A DNA stretch of 63,911 bases from a virus (lineage: Duplodnaviria > Caudoviricetes). Positions 36,831 through 46,714 of this stretch are shown here, piece by piece. Under the pieces are notes generated by a model. It had not been told where the DNA came from. It did no database searches and saw nothing but the letters and a program-made list of their open reading frames with translations. The stretch covers positions 1 through 63,911 of the IMG/VR virus record IMGVR_UViG_3300021437_000017; one strand, written 5' to 3'. Position numbers and translations under genes: made by a program. The number at the start of each line of letters is the position of its first letter. Within the stretch, counting starts at the first letter, position 1.

Positions 36831-37927
36831 TTCTGCTCGGCATACTCTGGCAGCACGACGGGATATTTGTCGCGCCATATCTCGCATTGCCAACGCCATT
36901 CTTCTCTGTCACCCAATCCATCCGCTTGCGTTTCTAAGAGGGTTCTGGCGAATTTCTTCGCGTCGCACTCAATCTTCAGATCAACACGCAGCGATGGCTT
37001 ATTCATCTCCGCGCTGTCAATATCGACCATGATGATTTTTGCAGTAGGCGCAAACTTAGGGAAGCTGTAGCCGATCATCGGGACTGACATGCGGCACCCC
37101 ATGATGAGCAGCAAGTCGGCGTTCTGGGCAGCGTAGTTTGATGCGCGGTCTCCGAATAGTCCCATGTGGCCGATGTGGCAAGGACCATCGGCAATCATGT
37201 CCGCTGCCGACCATGATGAGATTACCGGGATTCCGAGCGCACCGATCAGTTCGCGTATTTCATGTTGCGCGCCCGCTAACCTCACGCCGTTGCCAATGAT
37301 CAGTACCGGGCGTTTGGACTGTCGCAACATGGATAGGCAATGCAGTGCGGTCGTCCGCCAGTCTTTTTCAACACGATCTGGCTGGATATAGCCGCGTAGC
37401 AGATCAGGGTCAATCTGCTTGCTCTGGATGTCGAGCGGTATGTCGATCCAGACCGGTCCCGGCCTTCCGGAGTTGGCGATGTAAGCCGCCTTCTCCAACT
37501 CGTAGCGAATATCCTTCTCGTCCTTGATCGTCACCGCATGCTTGGTGATTGACTTGACGAGCGTAACGATGTCAGTTTCCTGCACACCGAATTGACGCAG
37601 CCCGGTATCTGCAATCAGTTGGTCGCGCGTTACCTGTCCAGAAATAGCAATAAGAGGGGTAGAGTCAACCCAAGCGCAAGCAATTCCCGTGATTGCATTC
37701 GTACCGCCAGGCCCACTGGTAACAAGAACACAGCCAATACCGCATATCCTAGCATAAGACTCAGCAGCCATCGCGGCAGCCTGTTCATGATTACACGCAA
37801 CATATTTAAACCTCTCATGATGTCCGAATGAATCATTCAAGTACATTGCGCCGCCGCCGACGACACCAAAAACGTGCGTGATGCCGAGATCAGCAATGAA
37901 GTCTGCGACGTAATCTGAAAGCCTCAT
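36827..37927 (-). CDS. TPP-dependent enzyme, N-terminal (PYR + middle domain) half
   Basis: FGVVGGGAMYL, HEQAAAMAAESYAR, VTSGPGGTN, GRPGPVWIDIPLDIQ. Confidence 0.9.
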   Translation of the reverse strand: MRLSDYVADFIADLGITHVFGVVGGGAMYLNDSFGHHERFKYVACNHEQAAAMAAESYARICGIGCVLVTSGPGGTNAITGIACAWVDSTPLIAISGQVTRDQLIADTGLRQFGVQETDIVTLVKSITKHAVTIKDEKDIRYELEKAAYIANSGRPGPVWIDIPLDIQSKQIDPDLLRGYIQPDRVEKDWRTTALHCLSMLRQSKRPVLIIGNGVRLAGAQHEIRELIGALGIPVISSWSAADMIADGPCHIGHMGLFGDRASNYAAQNADLLLIMGCRMSVPMIGYSFPKFAPTAKIIMVDIDSAEMNKPSLRVDLKIECDAKKFARTLLETQADGLGDREEWRWQCEIWRDKYPVVLPEYAEQK

Positions 37928-37931
37928 GGTA

Positions 37932-38588
37932 TTAATATTGCGTTCTACCTGCGCTCAAGTCAAACGTCGCCCCAGTAGTCCCCGAACATTCCTCACTCGC
38001 CAGCCAACAAACAAGCGATGCGACTTCCTCAACGGTAACGAATCTTTCCATCGGGCATTTGTGCAGCATGATCTGAAGTTGCTCCTCGGGCACGCCGTCG
38101 AATAAAGACGTTCTGACCGCTGATGGCGTAACGCAATTCACCGTGACGCCTGTTTTGGCAGTCTCTTTCCCCAAGCATTTCGTGAGCGCAATCACGCCAG
38201 CCTTCGATACGGAGTATGCCGGCGCCATCGGGTTCACGTCCTTGCCGACCGCGGAACTCATGTTGACAACGCGACCATAGCCCCGACGCACCATGCCGGG
38301 GATGACGTGCTTCGCCACAAGGAACTGGCCGGTGAGATTGACTGCCATCACGTTATCCCACTCGTAGCGTATGTAGCCAAGAGCGGAACCGATTGGGCCG
38401 AATACCCCGGCATTGTTCACAAGAACATCAATGGTCCCGATCTTATCCACTGCGTCGATGACTTGCGCTTCGTCGCGAACATCGGTGCCGTGTGTCCATG
38501 CGTGGACGACGTGGCCAGATGCTCGCAGTCTGTTTGCCACAGCCAAGCCGATGCCACGATTGCCGCCCGTTACCAAAGCCACTCTCAT
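37932..38588 (-). CDS. SDR-family oxidoreductase
   Basis: TGGNRGIG, NNAG, YSVSK. Confidence 0.9.
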   Translation of the reverse strand: MRVALVTGGNRGIGLAVANRLRASGHVVHAWTHGTDVRDEAQVIDAVDKIGTIDVLVNNAGVFGPIGSALGYIRYEWDNVMAVNLTGQFLVAKHVIPGMVRRGYGRVVNMSSAVGKDVNPMAPAYSVSKAGVIALTKCLGKETAKTGVTVNCVTPSAVRTSLFDGVPEEQLQIMLHKCPMERFVTVEEVASLVCWLASEECSGTTGATFDLSAGRTQY

Positions 38589-39040
38589 TGACGCTCCTTT
38601 TTCAGTTGCAGCATCGCTGCGTGCCCGGCAACGATCTGATATGCTTCTGCATCCTGCATCGTGTCTCCTTCCATCTCGCCGCCGTCTGCGTAGGTAAAGG
38701 CATGAGGATCTGCGAAGGAACCCGTAATTGCGAAGGTCGCCATCCCGATTCTATTGGCGGTGATAATCGCCTTCAAGATGTTGATGGAATTGCCGCTGCC
38801 CGACAGCGCAATAAGCAGATCGCTAGGCTCTCCGAATACCAGCAATTGCATGGAGAATACTTCTTCGTATCCGTGGTCGTTCGCGATGGCGGTGAGCGTT
38901 GAAACGTCAGCGGTGAGCGCGTAAGCACGGATGCCGACAGAGATAAGATCGTTCGCGATGTGGATTGCGTTGGCGGCACTCCCGCCATTGCCGCAAAGAT
39001 AAACGCGCTTGGCCTGTTTTATGGCATCAACAAGTTTCAT
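38585..39040 (-). CDS. gmhA: Phosphoheptose isomerase (SIS domain)
   Basis: CGNGGSAANAIHIANDL, LTAIANDHGYEEVF, LSGSGNSINI. Confidence 0.85.
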   Translation of the reverse strand: MKLVDAIKQAKRVYLCGNGGSAANAIHIANDLISVGIRAYALTADVSTLTAIANDHGYEEVFSMQLLVFGEPSDLLIALSGSGNSINILKAIITANRIGMATFAITGSFADPHAFTYADGGEMEGDTMQDAEAYQIVAGHAAMLQLKKERQ

Positions 39041-39852
39041 CCGAACACTTCCTCCGCTGTCGCAACTGCTGTTCCGAATCTGCCCACTACGATACCGGCC
39101 GCTTTATTTGCGTAACGCGCTGCCTCAACGAGCGTGTGGCCGCGCGTAAGAGCGACCGCTAGCGCCGCAATCGCTGTATCGCCAGCGCCCGACACATCGA
39201 ATACATCCTTCGCAACGCATGGTATTTGAATGACCTCCGCTTCAGTAAAGAGAGTCATGCCGGCGCTTGCTCTGGTAAGCAGAATTGCCCCAATTGCCGA
39301 TTCTCGTCGCAAGCGTTCGGCTTTCTGCGCCATTTGTTCCTCGCTGCCCCAACCGCCAACCATTTCACGCAACTCATTGAGGTTGGGCTTGATGACATCG
39401 GCCCCGCGGTAGCGCTCGTAATCGTGGCCCTTTGGATCAACCAGAACCGCCTTATCGGACTCTTTGGAAATCGCGATAAGGGACGCAACGAATGAAAGAG
39501 ACCCTTTGCCGTAATCCGAGAATACAACCACGTTAGCATCTCCCAACAAGCGTTGAAACTCCTTCAGAATAACGGGTTCTTGTGGCTCGTCGAAGTCTAC
39601 CCTGACAACCTGCTGCTGCTTGGCGATAACTCTAATCTTCGTGACCGCCTTGGCGCTCGGGCTATACAGCGTGTCGCAGGTTGCACCCATCGCAATGCAA
39701 TTAAGGGCGACATTGGCTGCCGCGCCCGCTCGTTCTTCCATTCTGCCCATCTTGACTACAGGCACTGGTGCTTCTGGGGAAATGCGCTCGACGTTACCGA
39801 ACCAGTAAACATCTAGCATCCGATCTCCGACGACCAGAATCCTATTCGACAC
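39037..39852 (-). CDS. hldA: D-glycero-manno-heptose-7-phosphate kinase (HldE/RfaE domain I)
   Basis: GDRMLDVYWFGNVERISPEAPVPVV, SDYGKG, VDPK, DVSGAGDT. Confidence 0.9.
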   Translation of the reverse strand: MSNRILVVGDRMLDVYWFGNVERISPEAPVPVVKMGRMEERAGAAANVALNCIAMGATCDTLYSPSAKAVTKIRVIAKQQQVVRVDFDEPQEPVILKEFQRLLGDANVVVFSDYGKGSLSFVASLIAISKESDKAVLVDPKGHDYERYRGADVIKPNLNELREMVGGWGSEEQMAQKAERLRRESAIGAILLTRASAGMTLFTEAEVIQIPCVAKDVFDVSGAGDTAIAALAVALTRGHTLVEAARYANKAAGIVVGRFGTAVATAEEVFG

Positions 39853-40300
39853 CGCGCCCCCTGCCGGCTTGATCGATTCTCTTTCGCAGCAGTTCTCCGC
39901 TGATAATTTCGGTTGATGAATAAACGATATCGTTTGTCACGATGATCAACCTCCCACCACACGCTTCAACCGCCGCACGCTCCTTCGCCAGATTTCCGGT
40001 TTTGTCGCCGTTGAGATAGTCAGGCCCCTTCGCGAAGAACGCGGGCCGCACGATGTTGATGACCGCAACGGCGTTCTCGTGGTCGGACAGGATTACGTTG
40101 TCCACAAACTTGAGCGCGGCAATCATCTCCATGCGTTGCTCTTCATTGAATATCGGCCTACCATCACCTTTGCACACCCATCGATCAGAAGTCACGCTGA
40201 CAACAAGACGATCGCCGTATTCCTTGGCTTTCTGCAAATGTTTCTTGTGGCCAATGTGCAGAAGGTCGTAAGTGCCGTGAGCTAAGACTGTCTTAGTCAT
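39842..40300 (-). CDS. hldC: Heptose-1-phosphate nucleotidyltransferase-like (HldE/RfaE domain II)
   Basis: HGTYDLLHIGH, KGDGRPI, KGPDY, YSST. Confidence 0.8.
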   Translation of the reverse strand: MTKTVLAHGTYDLLHIGHKKHLQKAKEYGDRLVVSVTSDRWVCKGDGRPIFNEEQRMEMIAALKFVDNVILSDHENAVAVINIVRPAFFAKGPDYLNGDKTGNLAKERAAVEACGGRLIIVTNDIVYSSTEIISGELLRKRIDQAGRGRGVE

Positions 40301-40470
40301 CAGTCACCGTAAAAGCACATAATTGCAGAGAATAGTCCTATTGCCATTATTACCCCAATTGGAAATGCTGACGCAATTCCGGCACCATCTATTAGCGGGC
40401 CAAGTGCACCCGATATTGGCGCTATCACCAATAGAATAACAGCGCAAACTCCAAACACGATACGCTTCAT
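40300..40470 (-). CDS. Small membrane protein, 56 aa (not in ORF track)
   Basis: MKRIVFGVCAVILLVIAPISG...; TGATG coupling to next gene. Confidence 0.5.
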   Translation of the reverse strand: MKRIVFGVCAVILLVIAPISGALGPLIDGAGIASAFPIGVIMAIGLFSAIMCFYGD

Positions 40471-40471
40471 A

Positions 40472-40711
40472 TCATCCGCGCATCACCACCACTATCCCCC
40501 GCGCAATCTTAGGCATGATTTTGATGTAGCCCTTCCTGGCGATGAGATTCATGTGCTTCTGGGCGGCGCTCGCGTTCGCCCATTCAAAGTACTTCGATAT
40601 TTCACCACGTGTCGGCGGATATCCATTCTCATCGTGGAATCTGCAGATGAATTCCAGAACCCTTAATTGAAGCGGTGTGAGCGGCTTCCAAGTTGGTATA
40701 AGCCCTTGCAT
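40472..40711 (-). CDS. LexA-like DNA-binding domain protein (no peptidase domain)
   Basis: LTPLQLRVLEFI...NGYPPTRGEI...SAAQKHMNLIARKGYI...ARGI. Confidence 0.85.
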   Translation of the reverse strand: MQGLIPTWKPLTPLQLRVLEFICRFHDENGYPPTRGEISKYFEWANASAAQKHMNLIARKGYIKIMPKIARGIVVVMRG

Positions 40712-40796
40712 ACGTGACTATATATCCTAATGACTAAATTATGTCAACAGGCGTATAACTCTGCTAACGCGCCCAGAAGGGCGACTGGAGACACAA

Positions 40797-41135
40797 ATGG
40801 CTGACCTTGGCGTCGTCAAGACGATTGAACTCTTCACGTCACAGAGCGTTGCAGCGACCAGCAATCCCTATCCAATGCCGCGGGGGCCGACATCGTTTCA
40901 GGCTACCGTCGTAACCACATCAACCGGGGCGAGCGCTGTAATAACCGGCGCGGTTACCGTCCAAGTTTCAAATGACAACGTGGCCTGGCTTGCCTACGGC
41001 ACCTGTTCGGCGGTGGGTACTGGGACCGGAGCGGACGGCTTTGCCGCGGTGGCGCCCTGGGCTTATTGCCGCATGGTCATATCTAGCCTGACGACCGGCG
41101 TATCGGCCTTATTGACGGGGCGTATCGGCTCGTGA
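40797..41135 (+). CDS. Small Thr/Ser-rich putative virion protein
   Basis: GGAG RBS; resembles 7054-7416. Confidence 0.55.
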   Translation: MADLGVVKTIELFTSQSVAATSNPYPMPRGPTSFQATVVTTSTGASAVITGAVTVQVSNDNVAWLAYGTCSAVGTGTGADGFAAVAPWAYCRMVISSLTTGVSALLTGRIGS

Positions 41136-42178
41136 GTTCTGGTAATTCAACATTAGGTGGACGCGCCATTACCGGCATGTCCAAAGTTACCGGAAACATC
41201 GGAAGCGGATCTGGCTCAAGGACTGGAATTAATATTCTCGGCGCAACTGTCCCCGGCGCCCCAACGATCGGCACTGCTGTTGCAGGCAATGCCACTGCAC
41301 AGGTTCCCTACACCGCGCCTGCGAGTAACGGCGGCTCGGCCATCACGAGCTACACGGCGACCTCGACGCCGGGGAACATCACGGGCACGCTCAGTCAGGC
41401 AGGCTCTGGCACGATCACTGTCAATGGTCTGGCTAACGACACGTCCTATACGTTCACTGTCCATGCGACGAACGCGGCGGGCAACTCGGCAGAGAGCGCT
41501 GCAAGCAATTCTATAAGCGCTGGATTTAACCTTGTTGTGCTTCTAATGCACATGGATGGTTCGAATGGTTCGACAACCTTTACAGACCAGATTGGGCACA
41601 CCTTTACAGTTGGCGGTGGAGCGCAGATAAGCACCGCGCAATACAAATTTGGAGGAGCTTCAGGGTTATATAACGGAACTAACGCTTATATTACAACGCC
41701 ACGAACCGCCGAGTGGGCTTGGCCGTCGCAGGATTATACGGTTGAAATGTGGTGTAGGACGAACACAGATAAAACAAATGGGGCTTACGGCCCTGTCCAG
41801 ATTGGGGAGATGGCCCCTACGACATTGAGTCAAGACTGGTCTTTCGGAACCAATGCTACCGGGAAAATCCAGTGGTATTACTGGAACGGATCGGCCGCAA
41901 CTTTTGTTACCGGAACGACAACCGTAACCACTGGCACGTGGCATCATTTGGCAATGACATTAAGTGGCACAACGATCAGATTATTTATTGATGGAGTGCA
42001 GGATGCGACCGGAACAATATCGGGAACGCCGGATGTTTCAACCTCAGCCTATTTAGTTATCGGAGCCTGCAACAGCGTTTTTTACGACGGCTATATAGAT
42101 GACGTGAGAATTACAAAGGGCCTTGCCCGATATACGAGTAATTTCACGCCTCCGACAGCAGCATTCCCGAACTCATAA
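41132..42178 (+). CDS. Fibronectin-III plus LamG/concanavalin-like domain protein
   Basis: PGAPTIGTAVAGN...YTFTVHATNAAGNSAESAASN; WHHLAMT...IDG; GYIDDVRITKGLARYTSNFTPPT. Confidence 0.85.
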   Translation: MSSGNSTLGGRAITGMSKVTGNIGSGSGSRTGINILGATVPGAPTIGTAVAGNATAQVPYTAPASNGGSAITSYTATSTPGNITGTLSQAGSGTITVNGLANDTSYTFTVHATNAAGNSAESAASNSISAGFNLVVLLMHMDGSNGSTTFTDQIGHTFTVGGGAQISTAQYKFGGASGLYNGTNAYITTPRTAEWAWPSQDYTVEMWCRTNTDKTNGAYGPVQIGEMAPTTLSQDWSFGTNATGKIQWYYWNGSAATFVTGTTTVTTGTWHHLAMTLSGTTIRLFIDGVQDATGTISGTPDVSTSAYLVIGACNSVFYDGYIDDVRITKGLARYTSNFTPPTAAFPNS

Positions 42179-42270
42179 TGCCACGCGCCAACTCCCTGCG
42201 CGTTTCGACGCCCCCCGGCAGCGGGCGGAAAGCCGGGATGAATTGAGGTAACCAACAAGGAAGAAAAATC

Positions 42271-42567
42271 ATGGGTGATCCAGCCTTGAGCCGAGACGAG
42301 TTTTACCAGTGGCTATCGAATAGCTTTCGGCAGCATGTGGAAGCCAATACGCAGACACGAGAGCGGGTGGAGAAACTGAGCCTCGCTGTGTTCGGTGACG
42401 GCAATGGGGTGCCTGGCATACAGGCCGACGTGAAGCACCTGGTCTGCGTGAGCCGCCGCATAAATGCGTGGTTGGACGGAGTATCAAGACTGGGCAGGTT
42501 CGGCGGGGCGCTGCTGATCGTGGCGGCGGCGGGCGCGACATTCGGCAAGACGATGGGTTGGCTATGA
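42271..42567 (+). CDS. Putative holin/antiholin-like membrane protein
   Basis: C-terminal hydrophobic segment; coupled to endolysin. Confidence 0.45.
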   Translation: MGDPALSRDEFYQWLSNSFRQHVEANTQTRERVEKLSLAVFGDGNGVPGIQADVKHLVCVSRRINAWLDGVSRLGRFGGALLIVAAAGATFGKTMGWL

Positions 42568-42974
42568 TCTCCATCCTTGACCTGTTCGGCAACTTCTTCG
42601 ATTGCGACGATGCGACCGACGAAGTGAAGGCCAACGCGCAAGACTTCCTCGACAATGTTCTCAATCCGTTGCTCATAGAGGCCGAGGCGCATGGCATCGA
42701 CCTGAAAATCAACCCGCGCACCAAGACATACGTATCCGGCGAGCAATATGGCGGCTTCCGCCCTCAATCATGTCCGATCGGCGCACCGCACAGCGCACAC
42801 AAGCTCGGGCTGGCCTGCGACGTTTACGATCCTGACGGGGCGCTGGACGCCTACCTGACGGACGCCATCCTTGCGGCGCACGGGGCATATCGCGAAGCAC
42901 CAAGCGCGACGCCGGGCTGGGCGCATATCACCTCGCGCGCGCCGGCCTCGGGGCATCGCACGTTTATGCCATGA
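42564..42974 (+). CDS. Endolysin, peptidase M15-like
   Basis: GGFRP...GAPHSAHKLGLACD...TPGWAH zinc peptidase motif. Confidence 0.8.
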   Translation: MISILDLFGNFFDCDDATDEVKANAQDFLDNVLNPLLIEAEAHGIDLKINPRTKTYVSGEQYGGFRPQSCPIGAPHSAHKLGLACDVYDPDGALDAYLTDAILAAHGAYREAPSATPGWAHITSRAPASGHRTFMP

Positions 42975-43297
42975 GCCTGTTTCACACCGAAGAACGCCGC
43001 GCCAAGCCGTTTGACTTCGACGGCGCGAAGTTTTCCACGCAGAAGGCTGTCACCTACATCCTTGTCGGCCTATTCTGTTACGTGTCCGTGTTGATCCTGA
43101 GCGTGCCGGGCACGGATCAGTCAGAACGGAGTATGATCCTGCAAACCGTTATCAATTTGGCGCTGCTGGCTACCGGCTATTGGCTCGGATCGAGCAAGCA
43201 AGCGGCAGATCGGCCGGTAGCGTCAACCGAACCACCCGTAGGCGAACTCGAGTACTTCAAATCACAACCAAAAGGAGAATCAGATGGCAAATCTTAG
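42971..43297 (+). CDS. Putative holin
   Basis: Two hydrophobic segments and GYWLGSS. Confidence 0.6.
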   Translation: MSLFHTEERRAKPFDFDGAKFSTQKAVTYILVGLFCYVSVLILSVPGTDQSERSMILQTVINLALLATGYWLGSSKQAADRPVASTEPPVGELEYFKSQPKGESDGKS

Positions 43298-43571
43298 AGC
43301 ACAGCAAGATGCACCAAGACCGCAAACACTTCTCGAATCCAAAATCGGAGAAATCGAATCACGCCTGAAGTCTTTAGTTGAAGCAGAAAGAAGAATCGGC
43401 GCGGCAATTAACAGGCTTATTAATCCGCGCCCTGCTGACGTAGCAACGGGAGCCGAGAGTATGCCACCCCCCGCCACAATTGAGGGGCAGTTACAAAATA
43501 TCGTTCGTCAACTCGATATCTTGGTCGGGGAATTAAGCGGGCATGCTGAAACTCTTGATTCAGCGATTTAA
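43284..43571 (+). CDS. Hypothetical protein
   Basis: AAGGAG RBS; coiled-coil-like. Confidence 0.5.
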   Translation: MANLRAQQDAPRPQTLLESKIGEIESRLKSLVEAERRIGAAINRLINPRPADVATGAESMPPPATIEGQLQNIVRQLDILVGELSGHAETLDSAI

Positions 43572-43588
43572 CCACCAAAGGAGAAATA

Positions 43589-44176
43589 ATGGACCCAAAT
43601 AGCAAGTCGATCTTTACCTCAGTCACGTTCTGGGGCATCGCGCTCGGGCTTTTGTCCCAAGTGGCATCCCGTCTCGGCTGGTACTTCCCTGGGGACATTA
43701 CCGGGCTTGCAAATGACATTTCCGGCGTTGCAGGGGCGCTGATCGGCATCTGGGGCAGGATTTCGGCAACTCAGGCCGTTCACCTAATCAGTCCGGGAAA
43801 CCAGTCAGGACGGGCCGATATTCGCTTCCTGGTGGCCGTGGCAGCGATCAGCATTGCCGCGTGCGCCGTTACCCCTCAAACGCCAGCGCAGGACGTGTAC
43901 GCCATTCAGGGCGATTATGCAGCGGCGCTATCTGTAGCGGTGGCCTACAAGCAGCTCCCGGCCTGTGGGCAGCCTACCTCGCCGGTGCTTTGCTCGGATA
44001 AAGCGGTAGTTGCCAAGTTACAGGCGGCCGATGATGCCGCCTACGCAGCCCTGACCGCAGCGCAGAACATCGTCAGGACGCCCGGCGCGGGCCTGAACGC
44101 GCAGACTGCTATCACCGCGGCTAACCAAGCGGTGCAGGCGCTTATTACCATTACGTCAACCTTGGGAGTGAAATAA
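43589..44176 (+). CDS. Membrane protein with internal lipobox-like segment (lysis module)
   Basis: Holin-like N-terminus (KSIFTSVTFWG...GRISAT), then VAVAAISIAAC. Confidence 0.5.
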   Translation: MDPNSKSIFTSVTFWGIALGLLSQVASRLGWYFPGDITGLANDISGVAGALIGIWGRISATQAVHLISPGNQSGRADIRFLVAVAAISIAACAVTPQTPAQDVYAIQGDYAAALSVAVAYKQLPACGQPTSPVLCSDKAVVAKLQAADDAAYAALTAAQNIVRTPGAGLNAQTAITAANQAVQALITITSTLGVK

Positions 44177-44394
44177 TGGACCCACTAACGCTTGCCGCAT
44201 TCGCAATCAAGGCGCTCGAAATCGTTCCGCAGCTTATTACGGCTGGATTGGACGTTCAGGCGCATATTCGTCAATCAACCACCGCATTGCAGGGAATGCA
44301 GACCGAGAAGCGCGATCCAAACGACGCCGAGTGGGCGGCGCTTAACGCCACGATTGCGGAAATGAGGAAGGAACTGCACGCGCCCGGAACTTAG
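44176..44394 (+). CDS. Hypothetical protein
   Basis: TAATG coupling. Confidence 0.55.
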   Translation: MDPLTLAAFAIKALEIVPQLITAGLDVQAHIRQSTTALQGMQTEKRDPNDAEWAALNATIAEMRKELHAPGT

Positions 44395-44661
44395 CCGGCA
44401 CCCTCCTCGCCGGTCCTGCCCGTCGCCTGCCAACAAACGCTCCCCGAAACAAAGCGCCCGACCTTTTGAGCCGGGCGCTGACCTACCGAAAATTTTAATC
44501 AAATTTGAATAACACTCAAGATAAGTGACGGTATTTCAACCGTTGCTGCATTGAGTCTTGCGGCGAGACAGTTAGCGCATGATGGACTCCGCTAGAAATT
44601 AAAGATTGATGGAATGCGCCAAAAATTATGCGCTTGGTAAATGCTTTAGTCAATAGGCAAC

Positions 44662-44697
44662 AACCCGTCAGGCTTCGCTCAACCTGACGGGTTTTTT
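44662..44697 (+). terminator. Terminator between convergent late and early units
   Basis: AACCCGTCAGG-10 nt-CCTGACGGGTT plus T run. Confidence 0.7.
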
Positions 44698-46714
44698 ATC
44701 CATTCTGGCGACAATTTCGCGTGAATTCTGCATAGCTTTTTACCGGATTCAGTCACGAATGAAGCGCGGAACGGGCATGTACCGCCATTAGGTCTATACC
44801 ATTTTGGCGTAGTTGCGGCCTCGCAAATCGGATAGGATATCCGCTTTCTGATCAGTTTATTCACGTCAGCAACCTCCTTGTTGGTTTTTTACTTCTTGAA
44901 CCAATAGGTGCGCAACCCGCGCGCCCACGAATAGGCGTAGACGAAACACAAAGCCAAGATGCCCCATTGTTCGGCTTTCCATGTGGCCCAGAACCAAAAT
45001 GGTTGCCGCGCAAGCCCAAAAATACATGCCCATTTCCGCCAAGACTCACGCGAATCTTGGCTTAGAAATACTGCGGTTACTCCACAAATAGCAATCCCGA
45101 GTTGGTCGATCATGCCAGCAACCAATGCAGCGCGTAGCCAAGCACCTCAGTAGTAATTCCATTCCTTAGGAGCATCTCCGTAAAGCATTTCAGATATGAA
45201 CCAATTTGGAGGATTGATGTTTAATTTTGAGATATTCCCAATTACTATGTGCGCGCCAGAATAGTGATTCAATAACCCAATCTTCAACTCGCCGTGGCTT
45301 CGAGAATCTGCGATGCTGGCGTATGTGTGATTGTTGCAGTGTACTGCGATAGGAAGATCGGGGAAAGACAAAAGCAATCTTGCAAGATCGTGAGAATTCA
45401 TATCGTAATCCAATGGAGTAAGTAGCCTAGCGCCCCGCAGATTATCATCACTGCAACGCACAGCCATGCGTATGCAGCGCAGCGCTCATCTTCGGATTGA
45501 TGCTCGGGGCTGCGGCCCTGAAGGTTGGTGGTCATCTTATGTTCCACGCCACAAATAGAAAGATGGCTATCAGAACTGCATAGCCGATGATGTCGGCTGT
45601 CATGGCTACTCCTTCCCCGCATCAGCGGGCTTGTTGGCGAGGGCATCAATTGTGGCATCGGCAACTGCGCCAATTAATTGCGCTACCACGTCGGAAGGGC
45701 TGCGCGTGGCTATGAAGGGGCCGTTTAAGTTGTCTGCCATCCGAATCTTCTGATTATTGGTATTTTTGGTAATTCCAGCTCTACCTGCTCGTATCTCACG
45801 CACGTAGCGTTCATGGCGAGGTTCTGCTCTCTAAGGATGGCATTCTCCGCTTGGCAGGCTGCCAGCTCACGTTCGAGCTTTCGACACATTGAAAGCAATC
45901 GTTCCGCAGTTGCGCCAATCACGATTTCATCAGTCCTCGGCGTGTCACTCATTTTTCATCCTCCAGTGCGCGGATTCGTTTAGCAGAAGTTTGATCCCAC
46001 CCATCACAGATTTTCGCGCACCGCTCCCGTTCCTCCCTGCGAGCGGTTGCGAGTTCGGCCTCAAGCCTGTTCATCTCAGCCATTGTGTCTTTCATGTATT
46101 CATAAAAATCGCGCTCAAGCTCAATCGCGTGCAGGGCTTGGTTACAAAGAGAATGCAAATATCCGCGCGTTAATCTGATTCTCCAATCCTCAATCTGTTC
46201 CGCACTCAGCGGCAGCTTGCTCGGGGCCGCAGCAGGCACAGGCTCGGCTTGATTTCGCGTCGTGCTGCCGATAGACGACGACACCTGCGGCGCTGCGGTT
46301 TTCTTTTCGCTCATTTCGTATCCTCCAAGCATTGATTGATCCTACGCGCGAGCATCTTGGCGAATTGGCGGGTGAGTGCGAATGTAAAACCTAATTTGCC
46401 CTTTCCCGGCCATATACCAATCCTCACGCTTTTGGTGTCATGCGTTGCGATTGACGCGTACGGATAGACGCCCACCTTGTGCGTGCAATAGACTACGGTT
46501 GGCTTATGCTTGGCCATCACCCACCACCTTGGCTCGCCAGAAACTTGTTCAGTCGCTTGATGCGCGTCTGATTGTAGCTGATGATGCTCGCGGCAAACTC
46601 CTGCCCAGTGTGCGCTTCGAGCAACTTGCGCTCGGCTTCGTCCAGTTCGCGCGCCGCGAGTTCTTTCGGCGTCGGCGCGGGCCAGATGTTGTAGAGCCAA
46701 GTGCGGAGGTTCAT
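44679..46714 (-). other. Cluster of small tightly coupled hypothetical early genes (e.g. 44889-45113, 45147-45401, 45725-45952, 45949-46314, 46311-46517, 46517-46714)
   Basis: Overlapping start/stop codons; no function recognised. Confidence 0.55.
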
